A stretch of DNA of 63,486 bases, filler included, from Polymyxa betae A26-41 (lineage: Eukaryota > Protista > Endomyxa: Phytomyxea), in NCBI GenBank assembly GCA_003693705.1. It is 6 parts of 6 records of this genome, joined end to end, with 100 filler letters (N's around TTAATTAATTAA, not from the genome) between each part and the next. Parts side by side here need not be neighbours in the genome. Positions count along the whole stretch, not along the records: positions 1 to 12,132 come from RBZT01000571.1; positions 12,233 to 25,004 come from RBZT01000980.1; 4 more parts are not named here. One strand, given 5' to 3'. The position numbers and the translations under genes are program-made. Below the pieces are notes generated by a model that saw only the letters and a program-made list of their open reading frames with translations, had not been told where the DNA came from and did not search any database. Position 1 is the stretch's first letter. Every line of letters begins with the position of its first letter. This document shows, piece by piece, positions 11,515 through 23,900 of this stretch.

Positions 11515-12132
11515 TTATAAGACCCTATATCGTGATATTTTTGGAAACTTTTTCCATAATATCATCGTGGGATGGGTGGTATTCAACTCCGGGGAGATTA
11601 ATTTTATTTCATCTTTCAATTCATTTATTAAAATCATAAAAAACGGAACATATTTTAAATATTTAAGTCCATCAAATTCTTCACCTCCTCCTTGCCTTGT
11701 ATGGATTAAATTATATTCTTCAATCCCGGGTATTTCTTCCAATTCTTCGATAACTACTCCAATTTCATCATAAGTTTTATTTTTATATGTTTTAGTATAT
11801 TTCTTAAAATCAATTTTATCTAAAATTTTAGGTATATTCTCAATTTCATTCAATTTTTTAATATTAGTTTTTAATCGTCTTGAACTTGGGGTTAAAGGTA
11901 TACCGGAATCAAAATACGTTCCCGCGCAGTTAACATCTGATTGAAACCAAATCTGGTTGTCAGAACCTATATGATAAACCTCATTATTTGCCCCATCAAA
12001 TAAATAATGCTCGTCATCTGTCTGCGTTTCATATCTGTATGTATAACTTCCACTAGTAATTTTAAAACTACAATTTCCAGAATGAGTTAATTAAAAAGCA
12101 TCAGAACCTCTCATAATATTACTACCAGAAAC
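11515..12132 (-). pseudogene. virus-like tail-fibre protein C-terminus with peptidase S74 (intramolecular chaperone) domain; one in-frame stop; cut by contig end
   Basis: PSSRRLKTNIKKL...ILDKIDFKKY...IGVVIEELEEIP...LKYVPFFMILINELKDEI fits the S(D/S)xRLKxNI chaperone pattern; strongly AT-rich and intronless. Confidence 0.7.
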
Positions 12133-12232
12133 NNNNNNNNNNNNNNNNNNNNNNNNNNNNNNNNNNNNNNNNNNNNTTAATTAATTAANNNNNNNNNNNN
12201 NNNNNNNNNNNNNNNNNNNNNNNNNNNNNNNN
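12133..12232. other. artificial contig linker (N-TTAATTAATTAA-N)
   Basis: Six-frame stop spacer flanked by Ns. Confidence 0.99.
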
Positions 12233-12740
12233 AAATGTCGCAAAAGTAGGTCGGGAAATTGAAAAAAACAGAAACTTTTTTATTTTGGAATTTTTTTTTT
12301 GGAAATAAAAAAACATATGGAAAAATTTTTTTTTGATTTTTTTGAGTTTTGCGACCATACAAAAAGGGTATTTTGCGAGTTATTTTTACCATTTTTGCGA
12401 GTTTTGAAGTTTTTTTGCGAGTTCTAAAAATATAAAAATTGATTATCAAAAACATATAGATTAATTACTGTTTATGTTTTTTTATATAATTTAAAATCAA
12501 TTTAAAATATACAACTGGTTAGGTGCGGATGATTTGGATTAATATATGGGTTTAATCCCGATTTTTTTGAAAAGTTTTTTTAAAAAATCATTTTTTTTTA
12601 CACCATAGACAAGGAGACACGAATACCATAATCAAAAAATGACAAAAGATTTTTCAAAAATGACAAACCCTAATCCAAAAATGACACATTAAAAGACCTT
12701 TTAATACTTTGATTATGGTATTGGTGTCTCCTTGTCTGTA
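12233..12740. repeat. AT-rich non-coding island with TTTTGCGAG and AAAAATGACA repeats and a 30-bp inverted repeat (12607-12636 / 12708-12737)
   Basis: Direct inspection; shares the ATTAAAAGACCTTTTAAT hairpin with 11461 and 32843. Confidence 0.7.
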
Positions 12741-13205
12741 GAGAGTCAACAACCTGTCATCCAGCTCTATTATCACTAAGCTACGTCCTCAATATGGGTA
12801 TCAGGATTCACTGCTGGGCAACGCGATCTTTCTTAGCTTAAAAATGCTTCGAAACACCGGTTTCTGAATACATACTTGAGTTTGAGATTCTGTGACGGCG
12901 AACGGAACTCAAACTAAAACTAAAAAAATAGAGAACTTTCGGAACGCCTTTTAATCGTCTAATTTCAACTTCGCAACCGGTCACAGGAGCTCCAGAGAAT
13001 ATCGACAGGTTGCGCCGAAGTTGGAGTTCGAAGGCTTGTCCAGTTTGAGCGGCCTTTTGCTAGACGCCGATCTTTCTTCCAACTTCGCTCGTCACACTGT
13101 CAATGAGAATATATTCAGCAGGACGAGAGCTAAAGGGTTTCCGCTGTATATAATACATGCATTATTAAATTAAACAGCAACGCAACAACGATTAAAGTTC
13201 AAATC

Positions 13206-14111
13206 ATGTATTTCGATCTATCCCTTGACGAGTTGCTATCCAGTGAGAGCTCTGCCCAGGATAATAATTCTGCTCCTGAGGAGGCTCTAATCTCGGCAGG
13301 GTTCTTTCAAGCACCCAACGTTCCGCAGCCATCTAGCAATCCTGATTATGTAACAAACAAAACGTCAACACCAATCGCAAAAGGAGGGGCGCCTTCTCGT
13401 GGAAACTTTAACTGCTGGGACGACATTTTGCTGCTACAGGCCGTCAACCATCTTGCTCCATGGCAGACTGAGCGCGGAATCATGGAAACCTGGCAAAAAA
13501 TTGCTGACCAATTGCAAAATACGCCAGGATTCGGTGGTAAAAAAGATGGGAAAGGATGCAAAAACAGATTCGACCGGATCTATAGTCAGTTCCAATCCAA
13601 CAACAAGGCAGCCTTACGTCAGTCGGGGACCACAGCCGAGTACAGCCAAAGAGAACAGCTTCTTCAAGACATTCTGACCCGAGAGACGGACTACAAAACC
13701 AGAAAAGCAACAGCCAAAGCCATAGAAACGCAGAAGGCTAAAGCAATTGAGCAATCTGGACTAATATTGCGGCGCCAAGCAATGGGGACAGTCAGCGAGG
13801 ACGACAACAACGACGATAAGGATGGTAACAATGGGGACGCAGATGGGGTCCGTGAAGATAAAAAACCCCGCCGCAAACGCAAGTTTGTAAAAAAGAACAA
13901 AGTTGAGGCTTTTTTCGACGCCATCAAATCAGGAATTTCTGACATGAGCAGCTCTAACGAAAAGGCGCTCTTGTTAAAACAAGAAAAAATCGAGCTTGAT
14001 AAAGAACGGCTCAAATTACAAAAGGTTGAAACAGATCTTCGCATTAAATCTGAAAAGCGAAGAGAGGCAGAGAGTAAACGAAAGGACGACCAGATGGAGA
14101 TGCTTGATTAG
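13206..14111 (+). CDS. Myb/SANT-like DNA-binding accessory protein of the transposon
   Basis: FNCWDDILLLQAV...WQKIADQL...CKNRFDRI...SGTTAEYSQREQLLQDI plus a C-terminal coiled coil. Confidence 0.85.
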   Translation: MYFDLSLDELLSSESSAQDNNSAPEEALISAGFFQAPNVPQPSSNPDYVTNKTSTPIAKGGAPSRGNFNCWDDILLLQAVNHLAPWQTERGIMETWQKIADQLQNTPGFGGKKDGKGCKNRFDRIYSQFQSNNKAALRQSGTTAEYSQREQLLQDILTRETDYKTRKATAKAIETQKAKAIEQSGLILRRQAMGTVSEDDNNDDKDGNNGDADGVREDKKPRRKRKFVKKNKVEAFFDAIKSGISDMSSSNEKALLLKQEKIELDKERLKLQKVETDLRIKSEKRREAESKRKDDQMEMLD

Positions 14112-14152
14112 GCACATCATGGGTCGGCAAGAATAAATTCATTCATTTACTC

Positions 14153-15287
14153 TTAATTTGTCCCTAGGTATTCCTCTAGAGCGGGTGGATTGAGCCCGAA
14201 ATACATGGAGATTTGGTTACCGCGTGGCTGAATGCAACAGTGGCAGTTCGTTAATAGTGTAGCTACTAACCACATTCTCCCGACTGGGGTCTGACGGACC
14301 CTTTGCTTCTTATCAGATTGAAAGAAGGACAAGAGATTTTTAAGTCTGCCGAAACTCCATTCCACAGACTCGCGTACCGAGCTCATAGCAGTATTGAATG
14401 TTGCTTCCCTTGAGCCCGGTACAGCTATCGGAAATGGAGAACAGGTGTATTCTGTGCAGCCGTATGCTGTGTCGCCGTAGATCAAATTACCGTCAAAAAC
14501 TTTCGAGGATGTGAGCGGAGCGTGTCAAGCAATCCACTCATGGCCAGCATTGTCGAATCGTGTCTGCGACCTTCAACTGGCCCAAACATACTAATAATCA
14601 GTCCGTCTGGAGTAGTAACGCCTTGCCAATTGAGACAGTGACGTCGCGGATGTCCGTTGAACACGGAGCGCTGGAGATTCTCATATCGACTGGCAGGATG
14701 TTCTCGAGGAGATGGACGGCAAATGTATAGTTTGGTTCCATCAATAAACGCCCAACAAGTATGCAAAGCAGCGCCTGCGTTCCTGATTGCCACGGTGTAC
14801 TCCGCTATTCGAGTCTCTGCCAGATGAGAATTGAAAAAAATCAGCTGCTTGTGGGTTGTATACAACAAATTGAAAGTTTCGTCTAAAATGCGAGATATGG
14901 CTGAGACAGATCTTCCGAACTCATTGGCAACAGTAAATAGACGAGACGGCTCGGCCAGACGTCTGCACACGAGTGCTAAGGCATCAATTCCCGATATGGT
15001 ATCAATTTCCGCCGTTCTTATTATATCAGGAAATTTCAAAGCAACCCGAAGCCGCTCGAGTTCTTCGATGGAAAACCGGAATTTGTGGATAGCTGTGCTG
15101 TATCCATTAAACTATCAAAACTATTGCTGAAATCAACGATGGGTGGAGGCCTTCGTAGCCGAAGATGGTGATTTTCAATTAACACTTTCATAATTTGAAG
15201 AAATGTGGTGATATTGGAATTTGAATACGAATACACATGCATGCATAATGTGACCATTTCGGTTTTGCTAAGGGCAGGTAGAATCAT
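14153..15287 (-). pseudogene. DDE_Tnp_4 (HARBI1-type) transposase with two frameshifts (about 14490 and 15100)
   Basis: WAFIDGTK, FNGHPRRHCLNWQGVTTPDG, GPVEGRRHD, IYGDTAYG and MSSVRESVEWSFG are spread over frame-shifted ORFs. Confidence 0.9.
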
Positions 15288-16351
15288 CTCGAGGTTACCC
15301 TGAAAAAAGGTACGGTCTAAACGATCTGAAGTTGGAATGCACCAGGGTCCGAAAGCTGTTTTTATAAAGTCTAACTTCAGATACTGTGACCGAATGCAAA
15401 GTTGAAGTTGAAGTTGGAAAGTAGCCGCTCCGAAAGTTCTCTATTGTTGGGATAGAAATATTTTTCACTTCAGAAAAATGACAGCTAAGTTCGTCCAGTA
15501 GATTCTGAATATAGGCACGGATGCTGTTCAATGTAGTCTTGTACGAAACGGTAAACTTCTTCGTCCCAGCGAGCAGCGAGCGGATCGTTGCCTCGGCAAA
15601 CCAGAATAAACATCTCCGGTTTGGTCGAAGTTTCGGTTCCATCTTTAATTTACTTTTTTCACTGGGCCCCAAAATCAACGAACAGTTCGCCTAAGGTGTT
15701 CCGTAAACGTAATGTAGCACGAGACAACGCCAGCGCATGTCTTTGCTCTACATCCTGGACCACTGCAAACAGAAGAGGATCTTGATTGTCGCAGACCCCA
15801 GATTTCCAGAACGACGACCTCTTAATTCTGACCAGTAGTTTAAAGGGTGCTGTTTATAAAATTAAAAGCATCATTATGACTGATTTGCAGTCTAAATTAC
15901 AGTCAGGGGAAGGGTTTAAGGAAAGCGATTCGGGTCGTCAATAAATCGGGTCTTGCATTTTTGGGCAAAATTTTGAAAACGACAAATAAAGGTTATCACA
16001 CCAAAAAACGGGAATTAATTGGAGCAGCGATGCGCGCCAATACGCTTATAGAAACTTACTAGACTGGATGCTCTAGTTTCTAGTCATCAAATGGTAATAT
16101 AAAGAGCCCTGACGTAATTGTTTAAATACGGTACCAGGTGTTTGAGAGAAACTCTATAAAGAACAGATCTATGTGTAATATCATCTATCAATATGAGACA
16201 ATTAAAATGCATAGAATGGTATATTGAACCCAAAAGAGATATTAACACAATTTTGGTAAAATACCTAATTGAAATGACGTCACTACACTTGAAACACGAA
16301 TATTTAACTGAAAACATAAGCAGAATGGAGTGAAAAGAGAATGTTTATCTA

Positions 16352-16943
16352 TCAAGCTTCTTCTTTAGCAGGTTTGTTTTTTGGAATTTTAGGAAGTGTC
16401 ACACCCAGTGTTCTGTTCAATTTGGAAATAATTTGACCATTGGGAATAGCTTTACCAGTTTCATATTCAGCGATCACCTAAGAAAAAAATCAGATCAAAA
16501 ATAACATTAAAACTGATAGCAGCGTCATACTGTAGGTTTCTCGTTAATCAACTGTGCCAACTGTTTTTGGGTCAAATTCTTGTTTTGTCTCGCTTTTAGT
16601 AATGCAATCTGATAAAGACTGAGTGACATTTTAACCAAGAAGGCAATAGCTGATAAAGCAATACTTTGAAATCGTGTGTAATAGACCTGTGCTTTATGGC
16701 TTCGGTCTCATCATCAAGCGCACGTGCATTGGGCGCCGAGGTGCCCTTATTTGAACCTAAAAAAATGCATAAAGGAAACGGCAATGATAATTACAGGAGT
16801 CCAATACCTCCAGCAAACTTCTTTTGAGTCTGAATGCTTGCACCAGAGCGGACAGCTTCGTTCAAGGCAGTTTGTGTTTTGGGTTTGCCAGTGGCGTTGG
16901 ATTTGTGCTTTCTTAAGACAACAGGTTCCCAATCTTGATCCAT
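16352..16943 (-). CDS. MBF1: multiprotein bridging factor 1, multi-exon
   Basis: MDQDWEPVVLRK...ALDDETE...ARQNKNLTQKQLAQLINEKPT|VIAEYETGKAIPNGQIISKLNRTLGVTLPK. Confidence 0.93.
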
Positions 16944-17185
16944 AGTACAGATGATAGATGAATACACTGATAGTACGAGATAGTAACAATGAAATAATGG
17001 ATCTGAGATGATAGTGACGGTCCTTTGATCTTGTCATGACCTGAGAGTGCGGCCTCCAATACTAAAACTCAACTGACAAATTTCAATCATAGACTTCATA
17101 GTTGAACAAAGTGTTGAATTCTTGCTTACAAAACTTATACAAACATTGTATTTATCTAGATAAAGTAGAACATTGTCTAAGCTCA

Positions 17186-18820
17186 TTAAAAATGTTTGCT
17201 GTTTTCCAGATCTGGGTATCGGACAAATTTCGGTGGACCGAAGTCGTAAATATCAGTAAAGAGCTCCTCAGGAGGTAACTCAGAAGCTGCTTTGGCTTTA
17301 CTAACGGCTTCATCAACTCTAATAACGTAATAGTTATTATTTCAAATAAACCAACATCATGGTATTAACATACAGAGCCCTGTTCTTCTTATCGATTGAT
17401 TTCAGATCACCTTCTGTAGCCCATTCCTGCTTTAAAAGCAACGCTTTCACTTTGGCAAGACAATCCTTTTCAGTTCTCATTGTAGATACCTTAAATACAA
17501 TGTCATCTCTCCCAAAATTTTCATTGCTATAGAAATATATTGATAACCTCATCTCGTGTTCTATATGATATTCCTGGATCTGACATTGAATGTCCATGAT
17601 AACGATATGTTTTCATTTCCATAAACATAGGACCTGGGGGAAAGTTCCAGTTATACTATCAATAATCTCCTACAGATTAGTTACTTACCATTTCCATTTC
17701 GACACCAATTAGCAGCCCATTTAACAGCTTCACGAACAGCTACAACATCCATTCCATCAACTTTAATACCTGGGATTGTATCCCCTCGAGTATAGAATTC
17801 AGTATTCGCACTGGAACGTTTAATGGAAGTTCCCATTCTAAAAATCAATTAATTGATGTATATATCGAAGATGAATATTTACCCATATTGATTGTTTTCA
17901 CACATGAAAATGACAGGCAGCTTCCATAATGCTGCAATATTAGCAGCTTCATAAATCTGACCCTGGTTTGATGCCCCATCACCATACCTGATAACAACTA
18001 TCAGCCAGCAATTAAAACAAAAATTGTCCTTCACATTGCAACAGCAACATTATCTGTGTTGTTATAATGAGCAGCTAATGCCAGACCAGCTCCAAGAGGT
18101 ACCTACATCACTTAATCCAAATATACAATCAGAAATGTTCATGTGTAAACCTGGGCTCCAACAATGCCATTTCCACCAAAGAAACGTCCCTTTGTGTAAT
18201 AAAGATGCATAGAACCACCCTTGCCCTTAGAACATCCAGTTGATTTACCCAGTAATTCGGCCATAACCGACTCAATTGAATCACCTGAAAATGGTCAATT
18301 CAATGGGGATCATCAAACAGGTGAAGGGAATCTACCAGCCATATACTGCTGAGCATGATCACGATATGCTGTAATAGTGTAATCACCAGGCTTTAAACCT
18401 AACAATATTCAGTAAATCACTATAAAATGATATTATTGACTATCACCTGCTTTCATACCCATAGCAACTGCCTCTTGACCATCATATAAATGGCAGAACC
18501 CCCTAATCAGGCGATTCTTATACCTGAATTTCAAATTGAAAACCGAGATACCTCAGAACGCTCAATCAATTTACAGGTTATCACATTCAATTTCCATCCT
18601 TCGCATCAGCTGCATCTCTGAATAATATTCTATTAATTCAGACTTGGTAACGATCGCAGACCCTTCAGGTGGGTCGGCTCTATGCATTTTGAAGGGCTTC
18701 CATGATTTAAGCAGTGAAAGCAATATTGAAATATTAATTTACAGGTAACTGAATTTGGGTTGATTCATTGGCAGCTGAATTGACACAGCGATAAGAAGCA
18801 GCTCGAGCGATTCTCAACAT
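17186..18820 (-). CDS. PDHA1: pyruvate dehydrogenase E1 alpha subunit (mitochondrial), many short introns
   Basis: [74 protein letters not shown]. Confidence 0.95.
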
Positions 18821-19011
18821 GATCACAACAACAAATGTCGAATGAAACAAGTAGAAAGTCGCCTTTATGCGCAACCCAAACTTAATCTTAACAGCAAACA
18901 ACACGATAACTAACTTCTCTTCTGTGTTTATTAAGTTGTATATAACGAAATGACATGCATTGACATATATCTAAACACGACTCATTTATTTTCCTGATTC
19001 AGTACATTATA

Positions 19012-20602
19012 TTAAGAAACTAGTATTTCTGGTTCCGATGTAACCCATGAGGTTAGATTTCCATCCCATCCGACACTTAGTAATTGAGCAGAATCGCAAG
19101 TCCAAGAAGCAGCACAAACCATATCTACATCTGACTTCCTGGCAGTTCCTCCTTTAATGACCAGCTCTCCGCTTATATTATAGCTGTTTAATGAGCCATC
19201 ATCACCAGGAAGTGTTAACAATGAGCCATTCGGTGAGAAGCACAGCTTATTAGTCCTAGAAGCACATGCTATTTCCGTTAATGGTTTCTTCACAATTCGT
19301 ATATCAAATATTTGTACAGTACGATCTATATGGCATATAATGGTTAATAGCGATGGGCTTAAACATTTCCAGTTACCACCAACCTTCACTAGAACTAGCA
19401 ATTAGATCACCATGATGTCCTGTAGAAAATACAGCAGATGTGACCTCAGCAGTGTGACTTCGAAATATTGAAACAGATTGAGATGCTTGCCGTAAATCCC
19501 AAAGACATATTGTCTCATCTTGAGAAGCAGTTAATACCAACTTCGAGGACGTGGTTGTGCTCAGATTCGAAATACGGCCAGCATGACCCTTCAATCTTCG
19601 AGCTAATGTAGCAGTGCCATTTCCTTTGATAACAGCATATGTTTAGTTCTGTGTTCGTAAAATTACACCAATCTACCTATATCAAAGATTAAGCATTGCC
19701 CATCCCAGGAACCAGAAGCGATTTGCGATCCATCAAAGACCTATTCGAAATGATCAATTCAACTGGAAACAAAATGATTGTACTATTAACCCAATCGCTA
19801 GAAGTGACAGGACCATCATGTCCACGAAGAACCTGATCTGCTTCACTAATTGTTCGGCAATTTGAAAGAGATGGGACAGAATTACTTCTCTTCTTCTGTG
19901 CACTCTGGTCATTATCAATTTCAACAACTAAATCATTATCTAATCTGGGCCATGATAGTGATCGAACAGGTGAAAGATTTCGATGGAGCTCTACATCTTC
20001 TTCCTGATTAACTGCTACAGATGTAGTGGAAGCTGTTTGAGACGAGTGTCTGGTCTTTGCTAGATTAAAGATAGCAGATGTTTCGTCTCCAGACCCGGTT
20101 ACAATCATGGGTAAGGAAGGATGAAATCGAGCGGAATTAACAGCACCAGCATGATGATTAAATATATATGATTGCACTTTCCGACAAACATCCCAGACAA
20201 TGACAGAACAATCTACTGATGCAGTCTACTAGAACGATTAATGTCAAATATTACAGAAGATGGAGTCTTACTGCAGCGAAGTAGTGATTAATTGGAGAGG
20301 TTGACACATCTAATATGCCATCTTGATGTCCCGTTAATTGATGAACAGGCAACCATTGCTGTAGTTCAGGTTTAGCTACTTGCCGAAACATACTCTTGAA
20401 TCGATGGTCGATTCGAGATAGACCCAAACTGTTACGGTTCTGATTTTGGCGAAGTCTTCGCCTGAACATCAGAGCCATCAATTGGACATCATTGCTATTG
20501 AAAATGCATGAACCTGAGTGTCTCATTCTCGTGTACTAATTCAGCGAAAGCAACCGTTAACTCGTTTAGTAGTGTCTCAATTCGGCGTTCAAGTTCAGAC
20601 AT
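19012..20602 (-). CDS. WD40-repeat protein, WDR37-like, multi-exon
   Basis: N-terminal coiled segment (MSELERRIETLLNELTVAFAELVHENE) then GHQDGILDVS, HAGAVNSARFHP, GHDGPVTSSDW, LTASQDETICLWDLR. Confidence 0.8.
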
Positions 20603-20913
20603 TATGAATTCGGTCGGCCTACAGCAGGAGAGAGGTTCTTATGCCAGATTGATTGAATTGCAGGATTAACTGGCTTCTCTCTGACTTAAGGTACTGATTG
20701 GGACAGCCGTCTTGAACGAATCCAAAAACCAAGACAAAATAAACTCTGTAGACTCTCTAAGGGCAGGACACTTAATGTAATGTAACTTTTGAAACAAATT
20801 TATAAGCACAGTGCGTTTTCTTCAGAAACAGGCAACTAAGAGAACCATTTGCAAAAAAAAGATGGTTTAATATATATCACGATAAAATAATTTCGCTTAG
20901 TAATGGTAGAAGA

Positions 20914-23900
20914 TTACTCCCTTGTGTCGGGATTTAGACTCTCTGCTAGTCTGGTAATAATGGCCTCAACTTCAACTGAGCTTCTGACAAACTTCTTCGC
21001 TTGGCCAGCTTTGGCACCAACATTAACTGTGGTAACAAAGCAATTCTTGGGCAACTTCAGAGAGCAACATTTTTTCGAAGTCGGCGATTTTTCATTCCCG
21101 TTCTAGAAACTCTTTAGAGGAATTATAATCGTTTCAATTTGACCGCGAAACCTTGCCATTAACAGGCGTTGTCCCACATGAAAGAACTTCAAATACGTCT
21201 TCATCGCGACTTAGAAAATCTCCTAGGCACATGACAAATCCGATATCGGGTTGACGAGCTTGAATTAGGTTTAAAATACGCTCACACATCGCCCCTATGC
21301 AAACTAAAAAAACGAGCGAGGTGGCAAAAGTGGACGTTACCTTTGGAGATTCCTGCTGGACGAACCTGCAAAAGTTTGCAGCAGTTAACCACTTCAGTAG
21401 AAGTATTCACAAGCGGGCCAGCAACCTATAGATTATCGTAAGTTCAGGAGCCTATGCAGTGAAAAGATAATTACCAAATGCATAAGCAGATCCCTTGCTT
21501 GCAACTCGGCAAATTCACGGTCGGAATCTTCGTAATGCCATGAAATAAACGTGTCCTCCTTGAGACAAAACTTAACTTGAAAAGAGAAATGACCCAACAG
21601 AAATACCTTCTCAGTGAACGACTTCGGTGTTCTTTCTGTGAAGTAGTCAAACACTTTTTTCACTTCATCCATCCATGAGGAATCTACTTGTTCCTGCGAA
21701 TTCAATTGATCAGGCATATAGACTGGACGTCAATAATCATTTACCTGCATCGGCTCCCAATCGACATTTTCGCCAGCCTTAAGAAAGAAGCCGTTTTCGG
21801 CAGCAACCCAAGCTGGAGTAATTCCCAATACGGACTCGCACATGGCACGGTTACGAGATGTCAGGATGACCACAGTGGTATTCTCATCTTCTGCAAGCTT
21901 TCGAATGGCCGCGAGTGTGCGAGGATTGCATTTGGCGAACAATTGGAATCGGTCGTAGGACATTCCACTACTCAGCGATTAATAACATTTAAACGATGGA
22001 ATCAAATTTACCATGCCCGACGTTGAACTAAAGTGCCAACCAAGCCAAGAATAATTATCCGGTGCGATCTGGAAATTTTAGTCAAGAAACCGATAACGCT
22101 GTGTGATAATTCTTACAATGAACGTTCCTTGAATTCCCGAACCACATCATCAATATTTAAACGTTTCGGTACAAGCGGGACAGACACTGAATTCTTTGTC
22201 TGCCGTAGCTTGTTAACAAAAGTTTCCGCCCAATGTTGAGCCGTATGAGTGGAAACGTATTTCATCGCATAGCGATGATATTCCTAACCATATAGACGTT
22301 GTAAGAAATCTATGAGAATGACGAACATTCGTACCTGACGCTCGGTAGGACACATCTCTAACGCGTACTGTATAGCCTGGGCCGTCTCATCGATGTCCCA
22401 CGGATTGATTCGAATTGACCCAGCACCTGTAACCATCGAAGGCTGAATCGTACAACAGACAAATTAGCCATACCGAGAGATTGAGAAGCTCCACAAAATT
22501 CGCTAAGAATCAAAACTCCAGTTCCGTGAACAGCAGTCTGGCAGGCAATGTATTCATAAGAAACAAGGTTCATACCATCGCGTAGCGAAGTAATTAAGCA
22601 TATATCTGCCACTGAGTAAAGGGCAACCATCTGTAAATAAATGAACAAAAAGTCATGGCAACAGGTTATCTCTCACCTTGGCGAAAGGAATGGATTGGTC
22701 TAAGTAATGGATTGGAGAATGTGTGATCGATCCAAAACGTCCGTTAACACGCCCAACATGCTCGTGAACACCACGTGCGAGTTTCTATTAGCATCTGAGA
22801 TGAACGAGCCAAAGTATTAATGGAAATAACGAACTTGGTACTCTGGAACGTCAGTTCGAGACGGAACTGCGATTTGCACAAGAACGACCTTGCCGACCCT
22901 AAATTAAGTTTGAGAAGAAGGACAGTTGGCAATCATTATGGCATCCCATTGAGGATTCATCTCAAAGAAATGTTCCATGGCATGGATCTTATGTGGTATG
23001 CCTTTGATATAATCCAAACGATCAATACTAACGATGATTTTAAGGCCTTCAAACTGTTGCTTAAATTCTTTGATGTGATTTTCAACTGCAGGGGTAGTCA
23101 GAGCATCCTACAAGACATTCAGTACGAGGTTAGTGGTAGCGAAATCGTGGCGATTACCGTAAATCGACCAGGATCGATTCCAATAGGAAATGCTCCAATG
23201 ACAGCCAGGCCTCTACCCAATTGGACCCCAGTAGGAGGCGTATCCAAACCTAAAATACGTGTGCAGGCACTCATAAAATGCCTGACCCGATACATATAAG
23301 AACAGATAGAAATTTTTTAAAAGAAATCACCGGCAGTGATCATAAACTTGGAATCCAATCAGATCGCTTGACAGCAGACTGTGGACAAGCTCTACGGTAC
23401 GAAGAAGGGTATTAAAAATCACTGAAAGATTCAAAAGGGATTAAGACAAGCATTTACCCTCCCTCTGCGGTAGAACTCGGTAGATTTCAGATCTATAAAT
23501 ACAGTTACCTCACTGCAGAGTTCAGGCGATATATAAATATACGAAGGGAAAGGAGTGTGCAAAAAGAACCCGATTTTCATCTTGGGATATGCGGTACGTA
23601 AAAGTGCAGGAAGTAGCATAAGATGATAATCTTGGACCCATACAAGATCTCCTGGTTGATACACCTTACAAAAAACATATTAAATGATGAAATAACATTG
23701 AAATGGTCGATGCCTTACACTCATGACAGCATCAGCAAACATTTGGTTGGCAGCTTCATATGCCTCAAACATTTTGCCAGAGTTTTTCAAATCATCGATT
23801 GGCAATGGAATATAATGAAACAATGGCCAAAGTACATTGTTTGAGTATCCGCCATAATACAGATCGATGAGCTGCTTTGAGAGAAAGACAGGATGACAGC

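Larger units (their letters stand above)
12930..15442. mobile_element. PIF/Harbinger-superfamily DNA transposon (Pangu/ISL2EU-like) with two convergent ORFs
   Basis: TIRs AGAGAACTTTCGGA...TCCGAAAGTTCTCT with extended imperfect inverted homology; flanks AAT and ATT; encloses Myb/SANT and DDE_Tnp_4 ORFs. Confidence 0.85.

Noticed and set aside
12080-12100. In-frame TAA in the S74 gene as evidence of an alternative genetic code
   Set aside because: Single instance; host genes use TAA/TAG/TGA as normal stops, so a nonsense mutation is simpler
12133-12232. Apparent continuity of AT-rich virus-like DNA across the gap, and recurring TTAATTAATTAA palindromes
   Set aside because: Artificial linker joining contigs; adjacency across it is not evidence, and ORFs containing X runs are artefacts
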